Assembly (NCBI RefSeq): GCF_020745735.1
Contig: NC_083420.1
Location: 23,002,001 to 23,066,000, forward strand
Origin: Hemiscyllium ocellatum
Taxonomy: Eukaryota
Reading direction: 5' to 3'
DNA length: 64,000 nt
Shown: one piece after another, positions 63,501-64,000 of the stretch
Numbering within the stretch: position 1 is the first letter of the stretch
How the letters are laid out: each line of letters starts with the position of its first letter
Program-made: the position numbers and the translations under genes
Notes under the pieces: model-generated
What the model was told of the DNA's origin: nothing
The model's database searches: none
What the model saw: only the letters and a program-made list of their open reading frames with translations

Positions 63501-64000
63501 CACCTTGTCCGCTGGTTTGATGGTGAGTTTGGGGTTGAAGTGGAGGGCTGCATATCCTCCAACCACATGGCATCAATGTAGATTTCACAAGTTTCCTTAT
63601 CTTCCCTCTCCCCACCTATCCTAGGTCCAAATCTCCAACTCGGCACCCCGCCAACTTGAACTGTCCTACCTGTCCATCTTCCTTCCCACCTATCCACTCC
63701 ACCCTCCACTCCGACCTAGTGCCATCGCCTTCCAAGCTACTTTCTCCCAACCCCACCCCCTCTCCTGTTTATCTCTTAGCCCCCCTTTGGCACTCCCACA
63801 TTCCTGATGAAGGGGTTATGCCTGAAACATCAACTCTTCTCCCCCATAGTCTAACTGTAACTAATCTGTAGGGCTGAGAATAAATCAGGAGCTAATGTGG
63901 GTGGGCATTATGTTAATCTTGGGTGATTTTAATCTTGTGAAATGAGGCAGTCAGATTGGCAGCATTAGCCAGGAGGAAGATTTAATTGTGTTCAGGGCAG
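60590..64000 (+). mobile_element. Old CR1-type LINE (ORF1 end/endonuclease region) interrupted by a PLE at 61510-63846
   Basis: Decayed EN motifs (AMTET, DRKERV, ILGDFN at about 63915-63932). Confidence 0.6.
61510..63846. mobile_element. Penelope-like element (minus, about 61510-63550) with an inverted 3'-end copy (plus, about 63552-63846) and 13-bp TSD
   Basis: RT/GIY-YIG remnants homologous to 3405-5600; degenerate hammerheads at about 61601-61636 (-) and 63800-63834 (+); TSD TAGTCTAACTGTA at 61497-61509 and 63847-63859. Confidence 0.88.

Noticed and set aside
50100-64000. Coding exons of USP42 or another downstream gene
   Set aside because: No recognisable coding exon; the identity of the CpG-island gene is a synteny guess only

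Overview
Eukaryotic vertebrate genomic DNA, most likely a shark/elasmobranch (HE1/V-SINE-type SINEs with (TCTAA)n tails, CR1-type LINEs). The minus strand carries coding exons 1-13 of EIF2AK1 (heme-regulated eIF2-alpha kinase HRI; 45371 to 16001, 559 codons). All splice sites are GT-AG and phase-consistent, and the last exons lie beyond the left edge. The complete 3-exon ANKRD61 gene (428 aa, ankyrin repeats plus a SOCS-box-like C-terminus) is nested antisense in intron 11, as I recall for mammals. A CpG island with a 40-bp minisatellite at about 49.1-50.1 kb is probably the start of the divergent neighbouring gene (USP42 by recalled synteny, not shown by sequence). The rest is dense in retroelements: two decayed L1s, many CR1 fragments and SINEs, a solo LTR and many Penelope-like elements (PLEs). 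The most striking pattern is that the PLEs repeatedly occur as tail-out fold-back (palindromic) insertions of 0.1-2.6 kb. Several have clear 12-15 bp target-site duplications (TSDs), and minimal hammerhead ribozyme cores lie near their outer ends. Gene and repeat names rest on my recognition of motifs; no database search was run.
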